Source: Squalus acanthias
Taxonomy: Eukaryota
Assembly: GCA_030390025.1 (NCBI GenBank)
Contig: CM059433.1
Span: 13,952,001 to 14,016,000, forward strand
DNA: 64,000 bases
Direction of reading: 5' to 3'
Position 1 is the stretch's first letter. Every line of letters starts with the position of its first letter. A program made the translations under genes and the position numbers. The notes under the pieces were generated by a model, which was given only the letters and a program-made list of their open reading frames with translations, was not told the DNA's origin and ran no database searches. Shown here one piece after another: positions 49,375 through 62,479 of the stretch.

Positions 49375-50418
49375 TGAAGGAATAAGCCATATAACCTATT
49401 CAGAAAAATAAACTACCTTATGAAAGAACTCTGGCCTTATTAAAACATGACAAACTGGGTTTGGAAATTTAGAAACCTAACTATGAAATAGCTATGAAAG
49501 CATTCTGGCTGTTGAGATAAGACAGTTGTTGACCCTGAATAAATCACCTTATTGAAACAGAAGGTGAAGGGCTCCGAGAAGCTGAACTTTTGGGAACAAA
49601 ACAATGGTTCACCCTGGATAAGGTGTTCTAATTTACACTTCGTAAAGAAGCACATAAGATAACGAACATCTGCCCTCGTAAAGATGACATAAAGTAAGGA
49701 ACACCGTTTTTTATATGGTAAACTTAGAATACCTAGAGATGAGACAAGATTCTGGCTGATGTGGCAGTAAGAATTGCAGAGGTCGGCAGAAAAATGATTA
49801 GAGATAATTAGCTTGCATCAGCAGAAAACCTTAAAGGAAATACCACTGGAAAAAGGTATAAACATTGAACTCTCAAATGGGATAACAGACTCGCTTTAAT
49901 CGGGCAAAGCGATTCTCAGCTTCAGAGGCAGCTCTGTAGTCTCCAACTCTTTGTACCTCCGGGATCAAAAATATTTGATATTGGTGGATATCCTGCCTGT
50001 ATAAAAACTTTAAGAACTGTAATACTGTAGTGAAGTTAAGATTTAAAAGTAAGATTCCCTGTTAATAATAAAAAAGCATTTTTTCTCTTTTTAGAACGGT
50101 TAATGTTGCGATTGACTCACCAACTGTAAATTGCATGTCGGTTCTTTAATAAATCTATATATTTTTAGAATTGTCTCACATAAGACTTCTGTGTCAAAAA
50201 CTCACAAACTCAATCTCTGTACGCTCTTTGGTGAGGAGTTGCAGAATTCTGAGGGAGTTTTCCGGACCCTCATAATATCCAGAACGTTACAGTCTAGCTA
50301 AACTTATTAAAAGTGCTATCTGGAGGATGGTAACATTCTCGGGTTGTTCCTTTCCTTTAGGGAGAGATAGTCCGGACCTTTAGACCCAATTAAGCAACTT
50401 TAGGATTCGGCGACCTCA
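49375..50418 (+). mobile_element. About 1.04-kb solo LTR (ERV-like or Gypsy)
   Basis: TGAAGG...CCTCA termini, flanks AACTG/AACTT (4 of 5 match), TATAAA ~49857, AATAAA ~50148. Confidence 0.7.
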
Positions 50419-51232
50419 AACTTTAGTTGAAACTGAACGTCTGAGAAATACACCTGATCCAGGGTAGCCCTAAAGGGGCTAGGACAAGTAATTGTCCCTT
50501 CAGTACAAGGCCGGCTGCCAGCTTTGTCAGGTAACCCTGCATCTGGGCTCCCTTGCAGGGCAATTGCAGGGCTGGCAATGCACCGCCCCCCGCCTCGGCC
50601 TCATTTCCATGGAAGTACTTGACCTGCACTTATTGCAGGCACAGGCCCTGCTCCAATCCTCAAGGGAAGATCTGGAAATCCCAGGGTAACATACCAGTTC
50701 ACAAATGCTTAACTTTTATGGGGAGGTGTCAACCCATTGAAGGTAACAGCTGCGTAAATACTGTATAAAAGCAAGTTGCTGTTATGAAATTCCTTGATCT
50801 GTTATTTTAATGAAGGCATTAACCCAGTGGGTGAGTGCTTCGTTAAAATGGTGGACACAGGAATTTCAGATGAACGTGTTAACTACTAATATTACACTGC
50901 ATGACTTCCACTCACTTTTGTGGCTGGCAAACTCCAAGTGGCATAATAAGCATGCAGCATATCTCAGAAGGTAATTGAAATATATTTACAGAGATGTTTG
51001 AAAAGAAATAAATAAGAAAGGAGGACATTTCAAATATATAGGCACTAATGTGGGCAGCTAACTGAGACAACAAGTATTTATAATGACATTCTGTGTTGTG
51101 CTGCCTCAAGCCCTTCTGTGTCGAATTCAATGAGGCAATCTTTGGAAAATGCTTATGTCAATGCTGATCTTATTTAACGGCATCAAAGCAGAACAGAACA
51201 GTGAACCTATCTCTATTTTTCTTGTCTCTTAC

Positions 51233-51320
51233 CTAGTGGGAGCTTAAGGAAGGAAGGGGCTTCCCTGAGGTACTGAACGGTGATAGTAACTTCATCCCCA
51301 GCATTTCGCAGTAGGTGCAC
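51233..51320 (-). CDS. SNTG2: Gamma-2-syntrophin coding exon, 88 nt, VHLLRNAGDEVTITVQYLREAPSFLKLPL(G)
   Basis: cattgacag|GTGCAC...CCACTAG|gtaaga; end of PDZ; phase 0 to phase 1, compatible with neighbouring exons. Confidence 0.95.
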
Positions 51321-52140
51321 CTGTCAATGTGATGTATAACAACAGTTTTACTGCAAAGAAACCACCAGATACGGTAATTATAACAAAAATACGGCAAGTC
51401 ATTCACGTGTCAACTCGCTCTTATCTTAGCATACGGACATTAAACACTGAACTTGGAATAGTATTCAGATAGATTACAAAGCTGTGAAAAGCACAGTGAA
51501 ATTGGGATAGAACTTGGTCCTCATTGTGCCTGTTTTACTGACAAAAGTTCACATCCAAAAGACGCCTGAAAAGACATCCAACCGAATATTGAGTGTGGCC
51601 ATTTTTCAGGCGTCCCAGGAGCCCGCCTAAAACAGTCGGTCGGCCCCTTACCTATGTAAATGAGGGGCTTAAGGACCCTCCACGATAAAGAGCGGAACAC
51701 GTGAATTTCCCGCAATCACGCTGATTCAAAATGGGTGTAAAATTACGCCCAGCATTTTAGATGCAGCAGGAAACAAAGTCATATTTCTGGGTGTTTTATT
51801 GTTATTTTACTAAGCAATCATTCTTTTGTTTATCCTCACTGAGACCCGCCTTGTACTTTCTGTTTCTTTGAATGGATTTTTTATGACATCAGTATGAGGC
51901 ACTTTAAAAATTGAAAAGCTTCCACCATTTTATTTTCTTAAACATGCTGTGCCTGATGTGCATGACTGATGGCTTCAAACTTTAATTCTCATACTCAAGG
52001 AAGGAATTTATAGTGCGAGTTCCACGCATACCTTGGGCCCCGATTAGTTAGGCTGACTTCTGGTTGTTTGATGCTGATTTTTACGTTCTGGCATATGTGA
52101 ATGAGATTGGCAAGAAATTGAAGCATATATTGCTCTTCAC

Positions 52141-55064
52141 AGAATCATAGAACTGTTACGGCACAGAAGGAGGCCATTCGGCCCCTCGAGCCCATGCCAG
52201 CTCTCTGCAAGAGCACTTCAGCTAGTCCCACTACCCCGCCCTCTCCCCGGAGCCCTGCAATTTTTTTTCCTTCAGGTGCTTATCCAATTCCCTTTTGAAA
52301 GCCACGATTGAATCTGCCTCCACCACCCTTTCAGGCAGTGCATTCCAGATCCTAACCACTCGCTGCGTAAAAAAGGTTTTCCTGATGTCGCCTTTGGTTC
52401 TTCTGCCAATCACCTTAAATCTGTGTCCTCTGGTTCTTGACCCTTCCTCTCTATCTACTCTGTCCAGATCCCTCATGATTTTGAACACCTCAATCAAATC
52501 TCCTCTTAACCTTCTCTGCTCTAAAGAGAATGGCCCAGAAATTCGGGTCCCCACGGGTGAGTACGCGCTGTGTAATCACCCGTAAGGCCAAGGAAAGTGC
52601 CGGTTTCGCGCATGCACTGGAAACCGGAACTTCCGCTCCCTTGAAGGAAGGGGTTCACAGGTCAAACACGTGCGCCGGAGAGGCAGCGCGTAGACATGGA
52701 ACTTTGGCTTTTTTTTTTACAGGTTTCTCCGTGCGGGTAGGTCCCTAGCAGCTGCGTGTGGAAAAAGCAGGCGCAAGGCCTACTTTTAACAAGGTAAGAG
52801 GTGAATTAAGTAAAATTGAAACATTTTTTCCACAGGTTTATCATTTTTAAATACTTTAAAGAAAGGTAAGTTTATTTTTAGCCCCGTTAAAAACTTTAAT
52901 TAATTTTTTCAAAAATTTAAATTTTTGTTTAAAATAGTTAATTTATGTAATTTATAGTTGTTTTAAAAATGTGATTTAAAAAAAAATATTTGAAGTTTTA
53001 CTTAGGTTTTGGGGCTGATCTCTATTCATGGATTTGACAGGTCTTCCTGTCAAATCTATGAATGGAGATTCCCTGCTCCGATTGGCTCCCCATGGCCCAC
53101 GTGATCCCAGGGGACGCTGCGAACTAGCTTCGCCCCTGGGATACGCGAGCACTGCACACCGGCAGCTGGAGGAGGCCCAGGATCGGAATCCCACGCGGGC
53201 CCACAGCACAACAGCAGGCGCGCTATGTAAGTGCAGGTCGGGGGCTTGCGCCCGTGGGATGCCTCCGACCCGAATTTCTGGGCCATTAATAACTCCAGCT
53301 TCTCCAGTCTGTCCACATAACTGAAGTCCCTCATCCCTGGAACCATTCTCGTAAATCTTTTCTGCACCCTCTCTAAGGCCTTGAAAGCCGTGATTGAATC
53401 TGCCTCCACCACCCTTTCAGGCAGTGCGTTCCAGATCATAACCACTCGCTGTGTAAAAAAGTTTTCCCTCGTGTCGCCTTTGGTTCTTTTGCCAATCACG
53501 TGCGGTGCCCAGAATTGGACACAATACTGCAGTTGAGGCCGAACAAGTGTTTTATAAAGGTTCATCATAACTTCCTTGCTTTTGTACTCTATGCCTCTAT
53601 TTATAAAGCCCAGGATCCCGTATGCTTTTTTAACCACTTTCTCAACCTGCCCTGCCAGCTTCAATGATTTGTGCACATATACCCCCAGATCTTTCTGTTC
53701 ATGCACCCCCTTTAGGATTGTACCCTTTAGTTTATATTGCCTCTCCTCATTCTTCCTACCAAAATGTATCACTTCGCACTTTTCTGCGTTAAATTTCATC
53801 TGCTACGTGTCCGCCTATTCCACCAGCCTGTCTATGTCTTCTAGCAGTGATCCTAGTGGGGAACACCACTGTGTACCTTCCTTCAAGCAAACGTTCACCA
53901 CTACTCTTCATTTCCTGTCACTTAGCCAATTTCATATCCATGCTGCCACTGTCCCATTTATTCCATGGGCTTCAACTTTGCTGGCAAGACTATTATGTGG
54001 CACTTTATCAAACGCCTTTTGGAAGTCTATGTACACCATGTCAACCGCATTGCCCTCATCAATCGTCTCAGTTACCTCATCAAAAAACTCAATCAAGTTA
54101 GTTCAACACAATTTGACTTTAACAAATCCGTACTGGCTTTCCTTAATTAATCCACATTTGTCCAAGTGATTGTTAATTTTGTCCCTGATTATTGTTTCTC
54201 AAAGCTTCCCCAGCACCGAGGTTAAACTGACTGGCCTGTAGTTGCTGGGTTTATCCTTACACCCTTTTCTGATCAAGGGTGTAACATTTGTAATTCTCCA
54301 GTCCTCTGGCACTACCCCTGTATCTAAGGAGGATTGAAAGATTGTGGCCAATACCTCCGTGATTTCCACCTTTACTTCCCTCAACATCCTAGGATGCATC
54401 CCATCTGGTTCTGGTGACTTATCTACTTTAAGTACAGACAGCCTTTCTAGTACCACCTCTTTCAATTTTTATCCCATCCAGGATCTCCACTACCTCCTCT
54501 TTCACTATGACTTTGGCAGCATCTTCTTCCTTGGTGAAGACAGATGCAAAGTACTCATTTAATACCTCAGCCATGCCCTCTGCCTCCATGCGTAGATCTC
54601 CTTTTTGGTCCCTAATTGGCCCCACCCCTCCTCTTACTACCCGTTTACTATTTATATGCCTATAGAAGACTTTTGAATTCTCTTTTATGGTACTTGCTAA
54701 TCTATTTGCCCATCTTATTTTCTTTTTTACTTCCCCTCTGAACTTTCTATATTCAGCCTGATTCTCACTTGTATTCTCAACCTGACATCTTTTATACATG
54801 CTTTATTTCTGCTTCAACTTACTCTCGATCTCTTTCATCATCCAGGGAGCTCTGACTTTGGTTGCCCTGGCTTTCCCCCTCATGGGAATGTGCCTTGACT
54901 GTACCCGAACCATCTCTTCTTTAAAGGCAACCCATTGTTCTATTGCAGTTTTGCCTGTTAATCTTTGATTCAATTTACCCGGGCCAGATCCATTCTCAAC
55001 CCACTGAAATTGGCCTTCCTCCAATTAAGTATCTTTACTCTAGATTGCTCCCTGTCCTTTTCCA
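52141..55064 (-). mobile_element. Decayed CR1 with nested MITE; continues at 57914-57950
   Basis: ORF2 fragments and own tail; GEHLGNSDHSII resumes beyond the younger CR1. Confidence 0.9.
52532..53284 (+). mobile_element. MITE family A nested in CR1
   Basis: Perfect 18-bp TIR GGCCCAGAAATTCGGGTC; AT flanks. Confidence 0.92.
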
Positions 55065-57913
55065 AAGCAAATAGAGGTAAATGAATACAATTTGATTGGG
55101 ATTACAGAAACATGGCTCCAGGGTGGCCAAGGCTGGGAACTCAACATCCAGGGTTATTCAATATTTAGGAAAGATAGGCAAAAAAGAAAGGGAGGTGGGG
55201 TAGCATTGCTGGTTAAAGAGGGGATTAACACAATTGAAAGGAAGGATATTAGCTCTGATGATGCGGAATCTGTATGGGTAGAACTGAGAAATAACAAGGG
55301 GCAGAAAACGTTAGTGGGAGTGGTATATAGACCTCCAAACAGTAATACGGAGGTTGGGGACGGCATTAAAAGGGAAATTAGAGAAGCATGCAGTAAGGGC
55401 ACAGCAGTCATCATGGGTGACTTTAATTTACATATAGATTGGGCTAACCAAATTAGTAAAAATACTGTGGAGGAGGAATTCCTAGAATGTTTACGAGATG
55501 GTTTTCTGGAACAATATGTCGAGGAACCAACCAGAGATCAGGCCATCTTAGACTGGGTATTATGTAACGAGAAAGGATTAATTAGCAATCTTGTTGTACG
55601 AGGCCCCTTGGGTCAGAGTGATCATAATATGATAGAATTCTTCATTAGGATGGAGAGTGAAGTCGTTGAATCAGAGACTAGGGTCCTGAATTTAAATAAC
55701 GGAAACTACGATGGTATGAGGCGCGAATTGGGTAGGATTGATTGGGGAATGTTACTCAAGGGGTTGACGGTGGATAGGCAATGGCAAACATTCAAAGACT
55801 GCATGGATGAACTATAGAATTTGTTCATCGCAGTGTGGCATAAGAATAAAACAAAAAGGGTGACTCAACCGTGGCTAACAAGGGAAATTAGGGATAGCAT
55901 AAGATCCAAGGAGAGGGCATATAAATTGGCCAGAAAAAGCAGTAGCCCTGAGGATTGGGAGCAGTTTAGGATTCAACAAAGGAGGGCAAAGGGATTAATT
56001 AAGAAGGGGAAAATAGAATATGAAAGTAAGCTTGCTGGGAACATAAAAACTGACTGAAAGAGCTTTTATAGATATGTGAAGAGAAAAAGATTAGTGAAAT
56101 CAAGTGTAGGTCCCTTGCAGTCAGAAGCGGGGGAAGTTATAATGGGGAACAAAGAAATGGCAGACCAATTAAATGCATATTTTGGTTCTGTCTTCACAAA
56201 GGAGGACACAAATAACCTCCCAGAGATGTTGGAGAACATACGGTCTGATGAAAGGGAGGAACTGAAAGAAATCAGTATTTGCAGGGAAATGGTGTTAGGG
56301 AAATTGACGGGATTGAAGGCCGATAAATCCCCAGGGCCTGATAGTCTACATCCTAGGGTACTTAAGGAAGTGGCCCTAGAAATAGTAGATGCATTGCTGA
56401 TCATCTTCCAACATTCGATGGAATCTGGAACTGTACCCATGGATTGGAGGGTAGCCAATGTTACCCCACTATTCAAAAAGGGTGGTAGAGAGAAAGCGGG
56501 GAATTACAGACCGGTAAGCCTGACATCGGTATTGGGGAAAATGCTAGAGTCCATTATAAAGGATGTAATAGCTGAGCACTTGAAAAACAGTGACAGGATC
56601 GGACAAAGTCAACATGGATTTACAAAAGGTGAATCGTGCTTGACTAATCTACTGGAATTTTTTGAGGATGTAACTGGGAAAATAGATAAGGGAGAACCAG
56701 TAGATGTGGTGTATTTGGACTTTCAAAAGGCTTTCGATAAGGTCCCGCGTAAGAGATTAGCGTGTAAAGTTAAGGCACATGGGATTGGGGGCAAGGTATT
56801 GATTGGATAGAGAACTGGTTGGCGGACAGAAAGCAGAGAGTAGGAATTAATGGGTCTTTTTCCGAGTGGCAAGCAGTGACTAGTGGGGTACCGCAGGGAT
56901 CGGTCCTTGGACCCCAGCTATTCACAATATACATTAATGATCTAGATAAGGGAACTAAATGTAATATCTCCAAGTTTGCAGATGACACAAAGCTGGGTGG
57001 GAGTGTGTGCTGTGAGGAGGATACGGAGAAACTCCAGGATGATTTGGACAGGTTGGGTGAGTGGGCAGAAGCGTGGCAGATGCAATATAACGTGGATAAG
57101 TGCGAGGTTATCCACTTTGGTGTCAAAAACAGAAAGGCAGACTATTATCTGAATGGCAATAGATTGGGAGAAGGGGAAGTGCAACGAGACCTAGGTGTCC
57201 TTGTGCACCAGTCGCTGAAAGTAAGCATGCAGGTGCAGCAGGCGGTGAAGAAGGCAAATGGTATGTTGGCCTTCATAGCGAAAGGGTTTGAGTATAGGAA
57301 CAGGGATGTCCTGCTGCAGTTGTACAGGGCCTTGGTGAGCCCACACCTTGAGTACTGTGTGCAGTTTTGGTCGCCTTATCTGAGGAAGGATGTTCTTGCC
57401 ATGGAAGGAGTTCAGCGAAGATTCACAAGGCTGATACCTGGGATGGCAGGAATGACATATGAGGAGAGATTGGGTTGATTGGGCTTATACTCGCTGGAGT
57501 ATAGAAGAATGAGAGGGGATCTCATCGAAACATATAAAATTCTGACAGGTCTGGACAAACTAGATGCAGGAAGAATGTTCCTGATGGTCGGAGAGTCCAG
57601 AACCAGGGGTCATAATCTAAGGATAAGGGGTAAGCCATTTAGGACAGAAATGAGGAAGAATTTCTTCACCCAGAGAGTGGTGAACCTGTGGAATTCTCTA
57701 CCACAGAAGGTAGTTGAGGCCAAGTCATTAAATATATTCAAGAATGAGTTAGATATATTTCTTAAAGCTAAAGGTATCAAGGGATATGGGGAGAAAGCAG
57801 GGACAGGGTACTGAGTTGAATGATCAGCCATGATCTCATCGAATGGCGGAGCAGGCTCGAGGGGCCGAATGGCCTACTCCTGCTTCTATATTCTATGTTT
57901 CTATGTTTCTATG
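55065..57913 (+). mobile_element. Young CR1, nearly complete ORF2 (APE plus RT) with few disablements
   Basis: IGITETWL, MGDFN, SDHN, RT motifs; (TTCTATGT)n tail. Confidence 0.95.
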
Positions 57914-58044
57914 TTATGATACTATGATCACTATTCCCTAAATGTTCCCCTAAATGTTGGCAAAATGGGAATGAAAACGGGCGTAAATTGTGGCATTACT
58001 TGCCGATTACACCCCCACAGGAAATTCCAGGCCGAAATGTTAAA

Positions 58045-58265
58045 TTGATGCCCTGTCTGGCAGTTCAGGTGTACTTAAAAGATCCCATGGCACTATCACT
58101 GGTTTCCTGCCTCACATTTATTTGTGGGACCTTGCAGTTGCTGTGTACCAAATGGCTGCCTTGTTTGCCTATATCGTAACAGTGACGGCGCTTCAAATTA
58201 ATTCATTAGCTCTGAAGTGCTTTGAAATATTCTGAAGATGCGAAAGGTTCTATATAAATACAAAT
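58045..58265 (+). mobile_element. Degenerate DeuSINE
   Basis: aaaagatcccatggcacta...tttgtgggaccttgc. Confidence 0.65.
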
Positions 58266-58299
58266 TTGAAGGGGGTAGATTGAAAGGTGATCGAGCAGA

Positions 58300-58693
58300 T
58301 TGAGGGGATTATCTGATCAAGGTGTTTAAAATGTTAAAAGGATTTGATAAAGGTAGATATAGAGAAACTATTTCCTCTGGTAGGGGAATTCAGAACAAGG
58401 GGACATGATCTTATAATTAGAGCTAGGCCATTCAGCTCTAGAGGGAAACCAAAAGCACTTTTTCATACAAAGGGTAGTGGAAATCTGAAATTCTCTCCCC
58501 CTAAAGGCTGTGGATGGTGGGTCAATTGAAATTTTCAGGACTGAGATCGATAGATTTTTGGGGGTAAGGGTACCAAGGGATTTGGAGCAAAGGCAGGTAA
58601 ATGGAGTTGAGGTACAGATCTGCCATGAACTAACTGAATGGCGGGACAGGCTCCACGGGCTGAACGGCCTACTCCTGTTCCTATTTTCTTACA
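58300..58693 (+). mobile_element. Old CR1 3' fragment
   Basis: KLFPLVGEFRTRGH; CR1 tail. Confidence 0.8.
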
Positions 58694-59254
58694 ATGTCCC
58701 AGTCATACAGTGCATGCTTTACTATGAAGTGACAGCATTAGTTTCCTAACCATGAATCCCTTGTCCTACTTAACTGATTTATTCAGTCATAAAATGATTT
58801 AGAATTTGGCCGTTAGACTTCTTTCCTGCCTCCGTGTTTATCCTGCTCGTATTTACATTGCTGGCACGTGCCATCTAAGATCAGTCTGTAAGATTAGTGA
58901 TGATACCAAGGTTTATCCTGACTTGCCCCATTTTCGTGCCAGTGTTGCAATCAATAAAGTGAGTACAATGATACATGTGACACAACAGGGTAGCACCAAT
59001 ATGGGCGCAGCCAACATAATCCCTCCTCCCCTTGCCACCAGGGCAATTCAATTATAAATCATTTCCACTAAATCTTTAAGCGGTGCTACGAAACAGATAC
59101 CTTGCTTGGAAATTATGTCGGTGAACTATATTCAGTGGGCGCCATGTTAGTACAAACAGTCTTCCACCCTTATGTCATTGCTGATTTCTTCCTTCTTACA
59201 TTAAATTCGAGAATATAACCTTTTAAAAAGTGCATCAGACTAGTTAACACTCAC

Positions 59255-59296
59255 CACTTCCTCATGTGTCGCATTTTCAACATTAATGCCATTAAC
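59255..59296 (-). CDS. SNTG2: Gamma-2-syntrophin coding exon, 42 nt, VNGINVENATHEEV
   Basis: ttttttttttgcag|GTTAATGGC...GAAGTG|gtgagt; typical syntrophin PDZ VNG..ATHEEV motif. Confidence 0.95.
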
Positions 59297-59414
59297 CTGC
59301 AAAAAAAAAAATCTATATATATATATTTGCCATATATAATTTTAGGCTAGTGAAATATACGCAGCAACTCTTAAACAAAACAAAGTATAAAACCGATATA
59401 AATGTTTCACTAAC

Positions 59415-59458
59415 TTGCAGTACTGCATCTCCAACGAATAACATCCCAGTCTGGTCAG
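59415..59458 (-). CDS. SNTG2: Gamma-2-syntrophin coding exon, 44 nt, (A)DQTGMLFVGDAVLQ (PDZ domain)
   Basis: Minus strand ...cctttggtgtatag|CTGACCAG...CTGCAA|gttagt; peptide matches the recalled SNTG2 PDZ sequence; in frame with the next exon across a 118-nt intron. Confidence 0.93.
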
Positions 59459-59639
59459 CTATACACCAAAGGAGAAAGGAAAAGTGTGTGAGAAAGTGTG
59501 GTGGAAAGCATGCATGCAGGCAAGAAGCTTTTTAATGAAGGACGGTTTAGAGACCAGTGTTAATTCCCTGCCTTGGCGGGGGGGTGGGAGGGGGAATTGC
59601 CATTTGTTTCCTGTATCAGGAGCTCTAGCCAGAAGAACT

Positions 59640-59820
59640 GGGGTAGATCTTGACTTTGCGCGTTAGTGTAAAACGGGTGCTAGCGAGCTGGCAGCCCATT
59701 TTAAATTTCTCCCGATTGGCTATCGACTTCGCTGGAAATAAAAACCGCAAGAGGCGTAAAACGGGCTGCCCACTCACCATTACCCTTTTTAAGCTATTGC
59801 ACAAAATCAAGGACGAGCCC
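59640..59820. mobile_element. Short Harbinger-type MITE
   Basis: ggggtagatcttgactttgcgc / gcacaaaatcaaggacgagccc imperfect TIR. Confidence 0.55.
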
Positions 59821-61327
59821 ATTGACTTCAAAAGGCGGACATTTTGTTCATAAGGCTTCTTCGGAGACTGAGGAGATTGCTTGTTCCTCGTGAACTGCAA
59901 ATGCCACTGCTGTCTAATAAAAAACAGTTCATGTCAAAGAAAAATGCAGCCCCACATTTCCACACATACCACCAGGAATGGAAGCAACAGATATTGATTA
60001 GCTTTTGTAAGCAGTACAAGGTATCATACGCATTACATTATTTTTTGTCCTGCAGGAGTTAGCAAATTGAATAAATGTTGAAAGAGAAGTGCAAAGTTAT
60101 TTGATTTTCAACAGGCAGAAAAAAACCATAAATCAATCCAAAAGTCCCAATGCTGTTTATTTTCATCCTTGCAAACAAAAGAAACAATCGAAGTGGTAAA
60201 TAAATCAATAGGCTTTTATGTCAGAGGCATAGGACCCAATTCTCAAAGACTTCTGTTTCCCTGCTATTTTTCTTGTAACTGTATTTGCATTGTTAATTGT
60301 TGTTAGTACTAATTAGATATTCTCCACTATAATGAACCAATTTGGGAATTGTATGACACATCATTGGCATCCTCCACACAGCTATTGCTGGTTTGGAGCC
60401 ATTGAGGGAAAACAGACATTGTACATATCAAAGTTAAATCAAATATTGAAATGTATGGAATTAAAGGCCACCGGCAATATTGAAACCAGTGTTGTAAAAT
60501 GTACAATTAACAAAAGTATTTTGTTTTTTTTAAACAACCCATGTTTTGCAATTTACTTAAAAACAATTATTGAGAATTGAGACCAATCTTGTAATCACTA
60601 ACTTATTTGCTTCATACAAGTATTTCAAAATAGCCGGTGTGAGGGAGAGGAGGACGAAGACCAATGCTGTCCAATACACCTCGTTCAGATTAAATTCATA
60701 AAAAAATAAAGGAAACACTGCATCTTGTCACGTCAGATGGCTCAAAGCACTTCACACAATGCAAGACTTTTTGAAGTGAAATGAGGGTAGTGTATAGACA
60801 AACATGGCAGACATTCAGTGCCAGGCACATCCCACCAAAAGCAACCATACGAATGATTAGTTAATCTGTTTTTGGTGATGTTGGTTGAGTAGGATGACAA
60901 TGCATTTCCACTTTAAAAGAATCAGTTAGGTGTTTAAGACTGAAACATTCTTTGTTTACGGAACAAGAAGCATTGAACCTGGCATAAACTTGGACCTCAT
61001 TCTCAGTATCAGAGGCAGTTGATAGATTCTGAAGATTGACTAGACTTTTTTTTTGGCTTGCTGTTATTTTAATAAAGCTGGATGGAAAATCTAGGCTACT
61101 GTTGTGAAATGTGAAGACAAATGTTGTTAGTTGCTTCTTGTACATAGATCTGTTTAAAACCAACGCAATCCACGTCCTAGTGTATATTATATGTTACAAG
61201 CAGAACTCTCAGTAATAAATGGTTTATTGGAGTATTAGAACAGGATTGTTAAAGTTCAAAATTATGAGGGGTTTTGATAGATAGATGGGGACATTTTTTT
61301 TCCTCTGGTGGATGGGTTGGTAACCAT

Positions 61328-62172
61328 GGGGGTGATTTTGTCAATGGGGGCGCGTTGGGGGCGGGACTTCTACTTGGTGGGTTTCAGTCCCGCCTCCATC
61401 GACTTGTGGCCAACCCACGCTATTTTCCCTTGATTGACCTTGTTAAGCCCGCCCAGTGGGCTTAGCAGGCCAATTAAGGGGAAGCCGGTTACAGAGAATG
61501 TCAGCGTATGACGTTTCATCTGTCAAACATTTTTGACAGATGAATTGTCATCGTTTGACAGCTCTGTGAAGCTGTCAAACACTGACATTCTCTGTTGTTC
61601 GATGAGTCCTTGTATTCAAGACTCATCAAACCTCTTTTGTGAGCAGAAATCAGATGGCTGTTGCATCGGAGAATGCAGCAGCCATCTGTCATCTCTGCTG
61701 GTGAGATGCGAGAGTCTCCGCATCCCCAACTGTTGAAGCCTGCAGGAAGAAACAAAGATAAGTAAACATTTTCTATCACTTTCCACTCACCTCACATACT
61801 TACCTCTCCACACTTGCACCCATCATTTACCTCCACAGTGCACTTTTGGACCCCTCTGACCCCTGCAGACCCACTGCTCGCCTCGCTGACCCTGGCGGGG
61901 TTTCCCGACGTCGGGAAGCCCGCGCCTCTGGTGGAAAAATGGGGATAATCCTCTTAACTGCCTGTTAACTACCTGTTAACTACCTGTTAAGTAGCTGTAA
62001 TCCCCTTCCCACCTCGGGGAGGCAGCTCCCAGTGCGGGTCGGGTACCCGCCTCCTGGGAAGATGGCACGGAGGCAGGTTGAGGGCGGGATGGGTACCCGC
62101 CCCCAGATTCTGCCATTTTCCCGGCAGGCCCGCCTCCAAACCCGCCTCCCCAGGGCTGGCAAATTCCAGCCC
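61328..62172 (-). mobile_element. MITE family D, inverted relative to 46524-47361, nested in a CR1 3' fragment (~61235-62415)
   Basis: TIR GGGGTGATTTT / AAATTCCAGCCC, flanks CAT/CAG; colinear homology with 46524-47361. Confidence 0.85.
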
Positions 62173-62479
62173 CAGAGGACACAGATAATTGGCAAAAGAA
62201 CAGAGGGCCAGTGAGCTGGAAGGCACTGCCTGAAAGGTTGGTGGAAGCAGATTAAATAGTGACTTTCAAAAGGGAATTTGATAAATACTCGTAAAGGAAA
62301 AATTTGCAGGACTTTGGGGAAAGAGAGGGGAAGTGGGACTAGTTGAATAGCTCTTTCAAAGACAGGCATGATGGGCCGAATGGCCTCTTTTTGTGCTGTA
62401 AGGTTCTATGATTGTCACATATTATGGTGTCAGAAGTAAACTAAAACTGCAGTTATCCACAGAAAAGAGAATTTCTTAT

